Positions 13,535 to 25,318 of a stretch of 64,000 nucleotides of DNA are shown here, one piece after another. The DNA is taken from assembly GCA_001599295.1 (NCBI GenBank), contig BCGN01000007.1, forward strand, positions 260,433 through 324,432, read 5' to 3'. Position 1 is the stretch's first letter. Each line of letters begins with the position of its first letter. The translations under genes were made by a program, and so were the position numbers. The DNA is from Sporopachydermia quercuum (Eukaryota). Below the pieces are notes generated by a model. That model was not told the DNA's origin and did no database searches. It saw only the letters and a list, made by a program, of their open reading frames with translations.

Positions 13535-14645
13535 TTGTTTTTGGCACCAGGTTTTTTTTTCAAGTCCCTCTCAGAACCTCAAGAGATGATTGAGCATGGT
13601 TATTTGTACTCTTCTTTTCCTTCCAAACAACAACAATAATAATTATTGGTTTCAGCCTCAATAATATTTCTAATCAAACTATCGTACTGCTGTTTTACAG
13701 GCGTGTTCTCTCAATATGAATTACTGTAGGCATTTACAATCATTGCATACAGAGTCTTCCCTTTAAACTTGCCACTACCGCCCGTTTGGTCGCCCATTAC
13801 CCCTGGTATCATATATACACCAGAGACATAGTAGTTTTCCCCCAACAAACTCTATCAGTACTCAAGCAGTTTTCAGCACACCTGCCCTAATCCACCCTCG
13901 GGTTCCTCCTGCCTCCTTCCAGTTTCCCCAATGATTCCTCATCTTAATCTTCATCAGCAAAAAACTAGAAGAAATGACAGAAGACATATTCATTGACGAT
14001 GCACATCATCAAATTGACTCATCCTCGAACATGGATCTGCCTGTATACATCAAAGCATAATAGATATTACAACTTTTTGAACAAAAAATATTCAGATAAG
14101 AATGAACACTAAAAGTTTTCTTTGATTGATGTTTTTATTGATGTATGCTTTGTTTTTATAGATTGGTGATAGAAGACAGCGAAGCTAATAATAGGAAGAA
14201 CNATTGATACATACACAATAAGACTCTGAAAGAGAGATTTAAATAGAATAATTACTATTGTAATTCAATTGAATGAATTACTAAAGTCTAATTTACTGGC
14301 TTAATATTGTCAAATTCAATCAATTAGCTGGTTTAATAATCACATCGAGTCATAAGCAGCATAACTGTTAATACAATCGTCAGCGATCCAACCTCTGTTT
14401 GATTACACTCATTTAATCATTGTAACGATTTTCGAACCAATACCATTCTCTGTGGTGATTATTATATCGATAATTTAGTGGTTGAATGAATGATAAGACG
14501 TTGTACAAACAATAAAAGAATAATAACGAAAGGGAAACTACCAATCCTTTCTACCAACAAACTACTACTTTTATACCATTTATTTTCATACCAACAATCA
14601 ATAATCACTTCCCCATTCTAAACGCACATATATAACATTATTGAA

Positions 14646-17600
14646 ATGGATATCAAATCACTTGATCCTGATGCGATTACTGCGTATCTTCATGATATGT
14701 TGGCAGCTGATCGCACTAGAGCTCCGTTAGCTGGGTCAATGATCTCAGAAACTGACATGACTGATAGGTTTGTCAGAGAGATTCAAGATTTTTCTTTAGC
14801 GCTTGAAGTAGCTTCAGAAGCAGCAAATGCTGGCTGGACTGGCTTTGACAAATTCTTATCGGAAAAATTAGCTGAATCATCCAGTAATGCGAATAGCAAT
14901 GATTCAGCTGATTCAACAGTTACTGCTGCTACTGCTGCTACTGCTGCTGATGGTAGTGCTGATGGTAGCGCTGATGGTAGTCGCCATACCAATGGTAATG
15001 CTAATGGCAATAATACTAATAATTCTACCACGAACTCTTCAAACGCTTCTATTCTTTTACAATTCTTGGATAGTAAAATAGCACCAGAACCGCAGCCTTC
15101 TTCTTCAACACCTCCTCCTAATTCAACATTATCTTTAGGTGTGGTTTATACGATCATACAGCATTTAGCTTCTCAAAGATTATCTCCACAAGATCTTGAC
15201 CAATTTAAAGATCTACAAACTCTTTGTCTACAAACATATCCTCGTTTGATCAACTTAGGCGCAGGGCATGATGCTGCAATTCTTTGTCATGAAGGATCAA
15301 ACGCTGGATTCTCTCCTGAAGTTGAACGTGAAATGAAGCTTTACTTTCAAAAAATGTATAATCGAGAAATTGAGATAAGGGATATAATTGCTATGTTGCA
15401 AGGTCTCAAAGATTCCGATTCTCCTCATGATCAAGATCTATTTGCATGTATGATTCATTCTTTGCTTGATGAGTATCGGTTTTTCCCTGAATATCCTATT
15501 GAAGCTTTAGCAGCTACTTCAGTTCTACTTGGTTCTTTGGTCTATTATAAACTTATACAAGGAACTGCTCTTAGTATTGCTTTAAGATACGTTCTTCAAG
15601 CTTGTCGACAACCTCCAGATAGTAATATGTTCAAGTTTGCTGTTCAAGCATTATATGCATTCAGACAACGATTACCTGAATTTCCTCATTATTGTGCTGC
15701 CCTAGTTGAGATTCCTGCTTTAGAAGCTCATCGGCCTATTTACTCTTTGCTACACGACGTTGTCGATGGTAAATTAGGTCCAGAAGGTGTTCAAGTTCGT
15801 AAGGAGAACCCTCCTGCCGCTTGCAAATTCAAATCCATTTCTGCAGGATCCATCAACTTCTCTTTCCCTGCTCAAGAAGCCCCCGCTGATAATATCAGAT
15901 CTAAAGTGTTATTCTTGTTAAATAACATGTCTCACGATAATCTTGTCTCCAGATGTGGCGAATTAAGAGAATCGTTAACTCCAAAGCATTTCGAATGGTT
16001 CGCTCGTTACTTAGTCGGTGAAAGAGCTCGTATAGAACCAAACTATCATGAACTATATGCAAGAGCTGTTTTAACATTAAATAATGCATCGTTAAGACAA
16101 CATGTACTTATTGTATCTTATACTTTGATTATTGAACTATTCAATAAAACAGATTTAGCTGAGAACCCTGGAGATAGAAACTGTTTGAAGAATTTAGGCT
16201 CTTGGCTGGGCTACATTACATTATCACAAGACCAACCTTTATTACATTCCAATTTTGCTATTAGAGAGCTTTTAGCTGAAGCAGTTTCTACCTCGTCGTT
16301 ACCAATCGTTCTACCATTTGTATGCAAAGTGCTCGATGGTGCTGCTAGATCTAAGATATTCAAGCCTCCTAACCCATGGACATTAGGTGTTTTATCAGTA
16401 TTGAAAGAGCTTTACGAAACAGCTCAGCTCAAGTTGAACTTGAAGTTTGAAATTGAGGTTCTATTCAATGAATTAGATATGGATTTGGCTGATGTGAACG
16501 CTTCTACGTTTATTGCTGATTCTACTGCACCGCAACCACCAGCAGGGACAACAGGCCTAAGCGCTGCTGCTGGAGCTGGTATTGGCGGAGGATTCTTACC
16601 AACAGGTGCACCTCTCCAAGGAGGCCAACAGCAAATCCCCGGGGCATCTAATTTAACTCCTAGCCTAGGATTGGTAAATATGAATAACAATCAGGTGGGA
16701 CCTCCAACAGGATTAACTAATATTCCACCCTCAGTTCTACAACAGAACCTACAACAGAATTTACACCAGCCATTACAACATGCCGCGCTTTCGGGCAATG
16801 CTACTGGCACAGGTGCAGTAGGCACATCAGTGCTTGGCCCTGAAGCTCGCTTGGCTACTGGCATGAAGAATCTTGCCTTGAATCCTCAAACGCAAGCCCC
16901 GAGCCAACAACAGTTAGAGTCCTTGGTGCAGGAAAATCTCTCAGAGGCTAACGTGCACCCCGAACTCCGGAAACTGGTGAATATGGCCTTTGAGAAAGCG
17001 GTTAGAGAGATTCTACCACCTGCTGTTGAGCGATCAGTGAGTATTGCAGTTGTAGCAGCTAAAACTCTGGTATTGAAAGATTACGCTACAGAAGCTCGGC
17101 CTGGGGATCTGAAGGCTGCTGCAGTTGCCACAGTCCGCAGTTTCGCGGAAGGACTCACTTTGGCTACCTGTAAAGATCCTCTACGCGAGAATGTCACCAG
17201 TAATCTCAGGGCCTTACTGGCGTCAGCAGATATTCCTCCTACCGCTGTGCCTGCCGATGAATTATCAATGGCCGTAAACGATGGCTTGGATGCTGCATGC
17301 GCTATAATCAATAGAGCAGCTATGGAGAAGGCCGTTCAAGAAATGGAAGAACAATTGGCCCCAGCTTTACTTCTACGGGCTAGATACCAAGAAAGTCATC
17401 CTACACAGCCTTTCTTTTCTCCTCAGCTGTCAAATACCCCTTTACAACTACCTGAACCTTTGGGATTACGTCTTGGTGGTGTAACTCCTCAACAGAATGG
17501 ATTATATGAATCACTGGCTGCTAGAAGACCCTTTTCTAGCTTACCAGGCACTAATACTATGCCCTTTGTCGGTCAAGATGCAGTTAAACAGATGAGAGGT

Positions 17601-20081
17601 GGGATTTCACAAGCTGGTAACGCAGGAGACCCAATTCAAGTTCAACTACAGCAATTCCTTGATCTTCTGGTTAAAATACTTGCGGAAGCCAACGAGAATC
17701 CTTCTGGTGGTCCTTCTGGTGGATCTGTTTCTGCGCCAGAGAAAATCAATATCGTTTTGAGCCAGATGCTTGAATTCATTGTCAGAAGCGTTCAAAAAGA
17801 TGCCCTGGCCCTGAAAATTGCACAAGTTGCTATCAACTACTTATTTACTGGTGCTGACACTTCATTGGCCAGAGACACGTTTGCCGTGCTATTAGAAAAA
17901 CTATGTGCTNTCTCCAGCCATACAGCCAGAGAAGTAGTATATTGGCTTGTGCACTCTGACGATGAGAGGAAGTTCAACGTTCCGGCGGTTACTGAATTAA
18001 TGAAATGTGGTTTGATTGCTGCTGGGGACTTGGATTCCGGCTTATCTTCAGCCGTAAGTAATAAATCCCAACCAGCAATTGAATTTGCTGTTGCGCTGAT
18101 CAAAACTACTGTATTAGCAGAGAAACCTCAAGCTTTACGGGCAGAATTTGCCTTAACGATCCAAGCTTTGGCCCAGGTCTGTAAAGAGGAAAAAGACCAG
18201 ACCGTTTTCAGTGGCGCCCGGGATTTGCTTACAGCTCTTGAAACGGCTCCTCAAGGCCGTTCTATCAGTGAACAGTTGACATATGTATTTGCTGAATGGA
18301 TGAAGTTAGAGCAACAGGAACAACAGCCAGGACAACAGCAACAACATCAAAGAGGCTCTGCATCCTCAGAAAGGCTCCAAAAAGTATTCATCTTCCAATT
18401 AGGTGAACAGGGGATTCTCAGCAAGCCCGAATTGCTTGCTCAGTTCATTTGCTCAAGTATTGAAACCGCTATTGCTACATTCAAACGTAATGATGGCCAA
18501 GAAGCATACACGGGTGTAAATGCTTTAGCAGATTTGATGTACGCTATACTACAAGCTGATGAGCGTAATGAAAACAAGAAAATCGAAGGTGAAGCTGATG
18601 CTGATTCTAGTAGTTCTCAGAAGAATGGCAACAGCCAATCAGATGGTCAAGCAGGTAACCATGACAATATCGACAAGAATAATAGAAAGAGCTACGGAAG
18701 TCTCCTTCACCAGATTCTTTCTGTCGTTGTCTTAGTCTTAGCAAGAGATCACGAGGATTTAGGTAACGAGTTCAATGAAAAGCCTTATCAACAGTTATTC
18801 TTACGACTACTATCCAAATGGGAAGATAAACCCAGTAGTGATTTAGAAGCTCAAGATGTATTGAGTGTTATTCTAAGAGTCCTTTTAGCGTTACAGCCTC
18901 AAGNCTTCCCTGGTTTTACATTTGCATGGATTACAATTCTCAGCCATAAGAGTTTCTTACCTAGGATTATGGAGACGGAAACTCTTTGGAACGACTATGT
19001 TGAATTGCTAGTTGCATTATTACAATTCTTAGATTTATGTGCTAGCGAGAAAGACGATTCTGGCATTGTTAGTGTTTTGGTTAAAGGCACAACTAGAGTG
19101 TTTTTGTTATTACTTCATGATTGTCCAGAGATTCTAGTTAAATTCCATTATAAACTATGCTGTGCAGTTCCTGGAGCATTTATTCAACTGAGAAATATAA
19201 TTCTTACTGCATTCCCAAGTCATATGGTTATTCCTGATCCATTTGCCTCAGGATTGAAAGTTGACAGACTTGAAGAAATAGGGCAAAAGCCACCAATTGG
19301 AACTGATCCTGGTGATGATTTACAACGATTGGGGCTCCGAGAATTAGTTGATATGTATCTTAAGAGTCCTAATAACAGTATCGTCAAGAACATATCGTTA
19401 GGAATGTCTTTAACAGAGCCAAAAGCAAGTCCTGGCATTGGATATGAGGAAGTTACCATTGATGTTGTTGCAGCTAATGCATTAGTTTTATATTTAGGTA
19501 TCTCTGCTATTGCAAGTACGGACGATAAAACCAAGAATCCTCCAACATCAGTTCAATTCAATCAACGGGCTCCTCAAGTGCAACTGCTAGCTTCATTGAT
19601 TCAAGAAATCAACGTGGAAGGTCAGTACCAAATTTTGAATGCTATTGCCAACCAATTAAGATATCCCAATGCTCATACTCATTTCTTCAGTTGTGTTGTA
19701 TTACTGTTCTTTGGCTCTCAGTCATTATGGGGGTCTCGCAAACAAGCAATTCAGCAATTGATTACTAGAGTTTTGCTCGAGAGAGTTATGAGCAACAGAC
19801 CTCATCCATGGGGATTATTGATCACATTCACAGAGTTATTGAAGAATCCCGAATACAACGTTTCAGGGTTACCGTTCATTCGTATTTCTCCTGAAATTGA
19901 AAAAGTATTTTCACTACTATTGAAACATATTGGTAATTTCAATGTTAAAAAGGCGTCATTGTCACAGGAATCATCACCAACTAATAGTGCTAGCAGTACT
20001 GCTGCTAACACTACTGCTACCAATGCCAATGCTGCTACTGATACTGTGTCAAGCTCAACATCAGGTAGTGGTTGGAGATAG
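14646..20081 (+). CDS. CDC39: CCR4-NOT scaffold Not1, 1811 aa (N-terminally shorter than typical)
   Basis: TTP-binding region (FACMIHSLLDEYRFFPEYP), Caf1-binding MIF4G (KVLFLLNN...KNLGSWLG...FKPPNPW), DUF3819 and the Not1 C-domain (NQLRYPNAHTHFFS; RPHPWGLLITFTELLKN). Confidence 0.97.
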   Translation: MDIKSLDPDAITAYLHDMLAADRTRAPLAGSMISETDMTDRFVREIQDFSLALEVASEAANAGWTGFDKFLSEKLAESSSNANSNDSADSTVTAATAATAADGSADGSADGSRHTNGNANGNNTNNSTTNSSNASILLQFLDSKIAPEPQPSSSTPPPNSTLSLGVVYTIIQHLASQRLSPQDLDQFKDLQTLCLQTYPRLINLGAGHDAAILCHEGSNAGFSPEVEREMKLYFQKMYNREIEIRDIIAMLQGLKDSDSPHDQDLFACMIHSLLDEYRFFPEYPIEALAATSVLLGSLVYYKLIQGTALSIALRYVLQACRQPPDSNMFKFAVQALYAFRQRLPEFPHYCAALVEIPALEAHRPIYSLLHDVVDGKLGPEGVQVRKENPPAACKFKSISAGSINFSFPAQEAPADNIRSKVLFLLNNMSHDNLVSRCGELRESLTPKHFEWFARYLVGERARIEPNYHELYARAVLTLNNASLRQHVLIVSYTLIIELFNKTDLAENPGDRNCLKNLGSWLGYITLSQDQPLLHSNFAIRELLAEAVSTSSLPIVLPFVCKVLDGAARSKIFKPPNPWTLGVLSVLKELYETAQLKLNLKFEIEVLFNELDMDLADVNASTFIADSTAPQPPAGTTGLSAAAGAGIGGGFLPTGAPLQGGQQQIPGASNLTPSLGLVNMNNNQVGPPTGLTNIPPSVLQQNLQQNLHQPLQHAALSGNATGTGAVGTSVLGPEARLATGMKNLALNPQTQAPSQQQLESLVQENLSEANVHPELRKLVNMAFEKAVREILPPAVERSVSIAVVAAKTLVLKDYATEARPGDLKAAAVATVRSFAEGLTLATCKDPLRENVTSNLRALLASADIPPTAVPADELSMAVNDGLDAACAIINRAAMEKAVQEMEEQLAPALLLRARYQESHPTQPFFSPQLSNTPLQLPEPLGLRLGGVTPQQNGLYESLAARRPFSSLPGTNTMPFVGQDAVKQMRGGISQAGNAGDPIQVQLQQFLDLLVKILAEANENPSGGPSGGSVSAPEKINIVLSQMLEFIVRSVQKDALALKIAQVAINYLFTGADTSLARDTFAVLLEKLCAXSSHTAREVVYWLVHSDDERKFNVPAVTELMKCGLIAAGDLDSGLSSAVSNKSQPAIEFAVALIKTTVLAEKPQALRAEFALTIQALAQVCKEEKDQTVFSGARDLLTALETAPQGRSISEQLTYVFAEWMKLEQQEQQPGQQQQHQRGSASSERLQKVFIFQLGEQGILSKPELLAQFICSSIETAIATFKRNDGQEAYTGVNALADLMYAILQADERNENKKIEGEADADSSSSQKNGNSQSDGQAGNHDNIDKNNRKSYGSLLHQILSVVVLVLARDHEDLGNEFNEKPYQQLFLRLLSKWEDKPSSDLEAQDVLSVILRVLLALQPQXFPGFTFAWITILSHKSFLPRIMETETLWNDYVELLVALLQFLDLCASEKDDSGIVSVLVKGTTRVFLLLLHDCPEILVKFHYKLCCAVPGAFIQLRNIILTAFPSHMVIPDPFASGLKVDRLEEIGQKPPIGTDPGDDLQRLGLRELVDMYLKSPNNSIVKNISLGMSLTEPKASPGIGYEEVTIDVVAANALVLYLGISAIASTDDKTKNPPTSVQFNQRAPQVQLLASLIQEINVEGQYQILNAIANQLRYPNAHTHFFSCVVLLFFGSQSLWGSRKQAIQQLITRVLLERVMSNRPHPWGLLITFTELLKNPEYNVSGLPFIRISPEIEKVFSLLLKHIGNFNVKKASLSQESSPTNSASSTAANTTATNANAATDTVSSSTSGSGWR

Positions 20082-21325
20082 GAGGCATTGAGTAGCACTG
20101 GGTTGAATAAAGACACGAAACTCTGATCTTTTGGGTCTGTTGGTGTTCGTGTTTCTGTTTCAACTATATATTTTTGTTTTGATGATTATATAAATTATTC
20201 CAATCATCCTCATTGGGATGGGATCCTCAATTATAAGATCCTCATGTATTATAGATGTTTATGCATTACCCCATAGCTAATGTTTTATGTATGCTAATGA
20301 ATTGAATTTTGATGTTTATCCTTTTATCATTTAGTACAATTGGAAGCAATGGAGAAGTAAGCCTCTCTACAATGCATTTNGCAATGATGGTTCACCTGCA
20401 GGATCTTGTGATCGAAGCTCTCTTAATTCTCAGCATGAATGAATGTTACTTCCAACATCTGGTATCATTATTGCATTCTCATTATTATTACCTTTTTTAT
20501 TATTACACGTACCATCTTTCCATTCAAGCGGAGGNGCTTAGCCGCCANTCCATCAAGTAGCCTTTTCAATGTCACATGATCTTCNTCCTTTATTACCCTG
20601 TGGGTCTCCAGAACAACCCCTCATTATTTCCATTATTACCTGGACCCCCACCCGTCTCTTGCATTGCCCCTGCGTCTGAGCCTCAAGTCTTTTTCCACCC
20701 CTNAAGTCTAATGAACATTAATTGATTACAACTAGCAATCTCCCATATATAATTTGTATGTATAGTGGTTTGCTGTTGTACTGATCTGTTTTATGTTCAA
20801 TCCAGGACCAACAGAATAGTCACTGGAAGTTACTATTATAGGGTAGTTTTTCTGTAGGTAGAAAGTCTTCTTGGAGCTTGATTGCTTTTCTTATTGTTTA
20901 AAGGNAAAGAAAAGAAAGAAACAAGACGCTATAATAGGTTGATTGTGGTGAAGATAGCATATAATAGACTCAGACAGACAAGATAGGATACGATAGATCC
21001 TTTTAGTTGAGAAAGAGCTGATTGCAGTAGAATAAACTACTAATAGTTGGATATATGCAGAAATTCACACAACTAGGCTGAAAGAAAGAAGATACGAATT
21101 GGAACAGAAAATTACTATCTACAGTGCAGGTTATTTATATTGTAGTTGGAAGGTACCAAGAAGTACATTATTTTTCCGTTTACATATAAATATATGAATA
21201 AGCTCGGTGCTCTGTCATTGGTTACCAGCATATAATTGAATTCAGCGCAACACTAATTCAATTGCTATTCNTTCAATTATTTTATCATCTAGAGGAGATA
21301 TAAGTAACCAAACTGGGATATAAAA

Positions 21326-22848
21326 ATGCAATTGAGATTTAGAAAACGAAGATCTGAAGACAGCGATTTTCAAGTTGATAACGACAATGAAGAAGTGAAA
21401 TCAAGAAGACCACCAAGTATGTATTGAAAGCGTTTAAAGTGTTGATGTGCAGAATGGCGCGTCGTTGATATCTACGATTTTATTTGTCTTTTGGAAAGGA
21501 AACTGGACAAAAGACCCTCTGTTTAAATACCTTTTGGATAATGCAGTATATTGCTGTGGATTGTTACTACTAGTTGGGGTATCTTTCATTCACCTTCAAC
21601 AGAATATATCAGAATATATTCTCTGCTCTTATGATACTAACTAACAATTTATAGATACTGCTTTCCGGCAACAAAGGTTGAAAGCATGGCAGTAAGTATA
21701 TCGCGTCGTCTACTAGCACTTTTGCTGCATGTAGTATGACATTCTAGTCGTGTGAGCCGTTAACTGCTGTTGAGGTTTCCCAACAAAAATATCACTTTAC
21801 TAACGTCATTAGACCTATTCTCACACCTAAAACCACCATACTATTCCTATCAGTCATCACTATTATATTCGCTCCTTTAGGAATAGCACTTTTATTTGCT
21901 GCCCTTCATGTTCAGGAAGTAGTGATTGATTACTCTGACTGTGGGGAACTAGCATCGTCAACTCTTGATCAAATACCTTCAAAATACGTGTCCCTCCATT
22001 TCAAAACCTCATTACCTAATTCATATGCTCAACCCCAATGGAGAGTTCAAGAAGCAGATGATACTCAAGTCTGCCAAATAGTGTTTTCAGTGCCAAACGA
22101 TCTACAGCCTCCAATTTTCTTATACTATAAACTTACTAATTTCTATCAAAACCAACGAAACTACGTGAAATCTTTTGATTGGAGTCAATTGGAAGGAAAA
22201 GCTGTTTCTGCTGGTTCTCTCAGTGGTGATTGTTCGCCGATTCGTACTGATTCTGAAGGAAAACCATATTATCCTTGTGGGCTGATCGCTAATTCCTTAT
22301 TCAATGACACTTTCTCATCTGCAGTTTTATTAAACCCTGCTGAAAGCTCAGCAAGAAATGAAACCTACGAGTTAAGTGAAAATGGGATTTCTTGGACATC
22401 AGATAAATCTCGTTTTGGTAAAACTAGCTATGACCCTTCAGAGATAGTTCCTCCACCTAACTGGGTCAACATGTATCCTGATGGTTACACAGAAGAAAAT
22501 TTACCTGATTTAAGTGAATGGGAGCCTTTTCAGAATTGGATGAGAACAGCTGGATTACCGTCATTTTATAAATTAGCTAAGAAGAATTCAACAGCTGTAA
22601 TGACTCAAGGAACGTATCAAATTGATATTGGATTGAACTATCCTACCAGTATATTTGGCGGAAGTAAATCTTTGGTGCTATCAACGAATTCTGTTATAGG
22701 AGGTAGAAATATGGCATTAGCTATTTGCTATCTTGTGATTGCGGGTGTTAGTGTAGCCCTAGTGATATTCTTCCTTGTGAAGCATATCATATCACCGAGG
22801 AAACTAGGTGATCATAGTTACTTAACTTTTGGTGCTGGAGAGTCATAG
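21326..22848 (+). CDS. CDC50: Cdc50/Lem3-family P4-ATPase beta subunit, about 387 aa; exons 21326-21416, 21655-21691 and 21813-22848
   Basis: Splicing restores [25 protein letters not shown]. Motifs YYKLTNFYQN, YPCGLIANSLFNDT and WMRTAGLP. Introns GTATGT..ACTAAC..TAG and GTAAGT..TACTAAC..TAG. Confidence 0.94.
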
Positions 22849-24074
22849 AATGTGAGATTTGGCTATACAATCTCTTGCATTGGCGATGTTCATTGTATGA
22901 ATTTTTTCTCATATATNTTTTATTTTAGCAAAACAGTTCTAGGTGGGGTTTCATTAAGTCTGATTTACTTTGTTTCAGTAGATGTTGAGAGTTATTAAAT
23001 AGGTCTTATCAGAGAATACTGAACGTTTGGAATTTATGGAACTTCGAAGATCTCATCAGAAAACATATTTTGTTGCAGGTACATGCTTTAAGTTTAGCCA
23101 ATTGGGAAAAGAGGGAATAAGAGAAGCCATGAATAACAGCCTGTGAATGTGAAATAAGCTGTTTTGTAAAATTGTAAACTATCGAATCGATTAATATGGT
23201 AAACCGGGGTTGATGTGCTTATTGTTAGGATACCATGCATAAGGTTCTGTCTTGCATGATGTACGCATAGCATAAGCATAGGTTTTGATGTACAGGTTAT
23301 AGGAGTAGGAGTTTGTTGAGGTACCTGATTATAGATAAAATACTTAGTCGAATATAGTTCTTATTTCTGNTCTGAAATCACATTTATAGTTGGTCTAATC
23401 TTATTTTCTAAGAATTCGTATAAAAAGATCAATAAGGAAATAGTATAACCATTGTTATTCATCTTTTTCTCGCTTACTCTCAAACCAACTATACATATTA
23501 CTGCATAAGGATGCATGATTTGCACACAAGTTCAATAAATACAAAGGTAAGTGCCACCCATCAGTACAGTTCGAGTAAAGAAACCTACAATAAAACCAAA
23601 GGAAATTGAATATACCACAAAACTGCACTTACGGTTGTACCTTTTCTTTTACTTTTTTCCCTTAATATCCTCACAATCTGCTTGGTTTGAACTATCATTC
23701 ATCTCTTCAAGCATCCATATGAAGTTCCTTTGTTCCTGCATTGTTGTGTATTTATGCATCAACCCGCATGATACATTTCATAATTTTTCCATTTGCAAAC
23801 AGAACACTTTTTGCTCTTCCTTTAATGACTGAGCGACATCAAACCGGTAATTAAATGAATGAATTTCCTATAAATATCTCGGCTTCTGAATCCTGCATTC
23901 TGTCTGTATCCATTATTTATCAACAGCAAAGCTAATAGTGATTTATTGACTTTAAATAGTCATTTTGAGCCATAAACCTGTCTCTAGTGACCATCGCATC
24001 ATCCTTACACTAATGGGCTCCATCAACACTTGATCGTCACAAGATACATGCAGAATTGAGCACAACTATCAGCA

Positions 24075-24806
24075 ATGTCAAGATCGAAAAGAATTACAAA
24101 GGAGTTAGAAGAAATCAAGAAGGATACTACATCGGGTGTCCGACTTGAGCTCGTTTCTGATGATTTAAGCCATTTAAAAGGGTTCATCTATGGACCCCCA
24201 GATACACCATATGCAGGAGGTGAATACGAAATCGATATTAAAGTACCATTAGAATATCCTTTTAAACCACCAGTGATGAAATTCGACACTCGTGTTTATC
24301 ATCCTAATATTTCTTCTCAAACAGGTGCCATTTGCCTAGATATTCTCAAAGACGCTTGGACTGCTATTCTATCTCTTCGATCATGTTTAATATCATTACA
24401 AGCTCTACTTCAATCACCTGAGCCAAACGATCCTCAAGATGCTGTGGTTGCCAGACAATATATTTCTGACCGAGCAGGATTCGACAAAACAGCCAGGGAA
24501 TGGGCTGTGAAGTATGCAGGAGCTGCTGCTGATCTCAAAAGAGATGTTATTGTTTTAGACGATGACGATGAAGATGAAGGAAGATCAAGCAATCAAAGTA
24601 GTAGAAGTACAGCAGTGGAAACTGTAGATGAAGCTGTTGCCTTAGGACTTGACTTACAATTAATCAAAATGTTTGTTGATATGGGATTTCAAAGGTCTAG
24701 TGTTATCAATGTGTTGAAGCAGTTGAGAATCAAGTCTTTGAACGGTTTATCAAGTCAGAAAGCTCAAGAGTGTCAAGACAAGATATTAGAGAAGTTACTT
24801 GGATGA
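24075..24806 (+). CDS. UBC1: E2 ubiquitin-conjugating enzyme with C-terminal UBA domain (Ubc1/E2-25K)
   Basis: MSRSKRITKEL; YHPNISSQTGAICLDILKDAW; PEPNDPQDA; UBA-like FVDMGF...LEKLL. Confidence 0.96.
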   Translation: MSRSKRITKELEEIKKDTTSGVRLELVSDDLSHLKGFIYGPPDTPYAGGEYEIDIKVPLEYPFKPPVMKFDTRVYHPNISSQTGAICLDILKDAWTAILSLRSCLISLQALLQSPEPNDPQDAVVARQYISDRAGFDKTAREWAVKYAGAAADLKRDVIVLDDDDEDEGRSSNQSSRSTAVETVDEAVALGLDLQLIKMFVDMGFQRSSVINVLKQLRIKSLNGLSSQKAQECQDKILEKLLG

Positions 24807-25318
24807 ATTATGAATCAAAAAGAGATAAGATAATAGTAAGAGAGTAATAAAACAAACCACTCGTGGCATTCAAAACTCTTGTATTTATAATCGTTATTCC
24901 TGTATGACTATTACCAAATAATGCAAATTATGGTAGCTTATGGTATCTTATTAGTTTACTCTGAAAGAGTGAAAAAACATAGTATAATATAATATAACGT
25001 AGTATAACATAATCATATATTCTTCGTAGCTATACTTATAACACTTAATTAGTACATCTCTCTTTCTTCCACAACTACAGTTGTCAAGCAAATATTAGCT
25101 AAATGATTTGATTATATAGAACAAAGATAATATATAGATTATTAGTAATGCTGTATATATATTATTTTGAGGAGACACAAAAGTGTATCAAATGACAGCA
25201 TTTCTTCTTCCATAAATAATCAAAAAAGACCATTTCTTACATAGATTATTTATACTGAATAAGTTCATTCCACTTTACCATTAATTATAATCATTTTTCC
25301 ACACATCATACAATATCA

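Noticed and set aside
13974..14060. 28-codon ORF MTEDIFIDD...IKA upstream of NOT1, as a possible missing exon or uORF
   Set aside because: No canonical donor, no recognisable Not1 similarity, and the length is expected by chance.
14646..20081. Alternative CUG decoding (Ser or Ala)
   Set aside because: The few CTG codons checked fall at hydrophobic, Leu-type positions (for example TLVLKDY in Not1), so there is no sign of reassignment; not tested systematically.
20079..20126. Readthrough of the NOT1 TAG would add EALSSTGLNKDTKL, a PTS1-like end
   Set aside because: The stop context TAG-GAG is not a known leaky context, TKL is a weak PTS1, and peroxisomal Not1 has no rationale.
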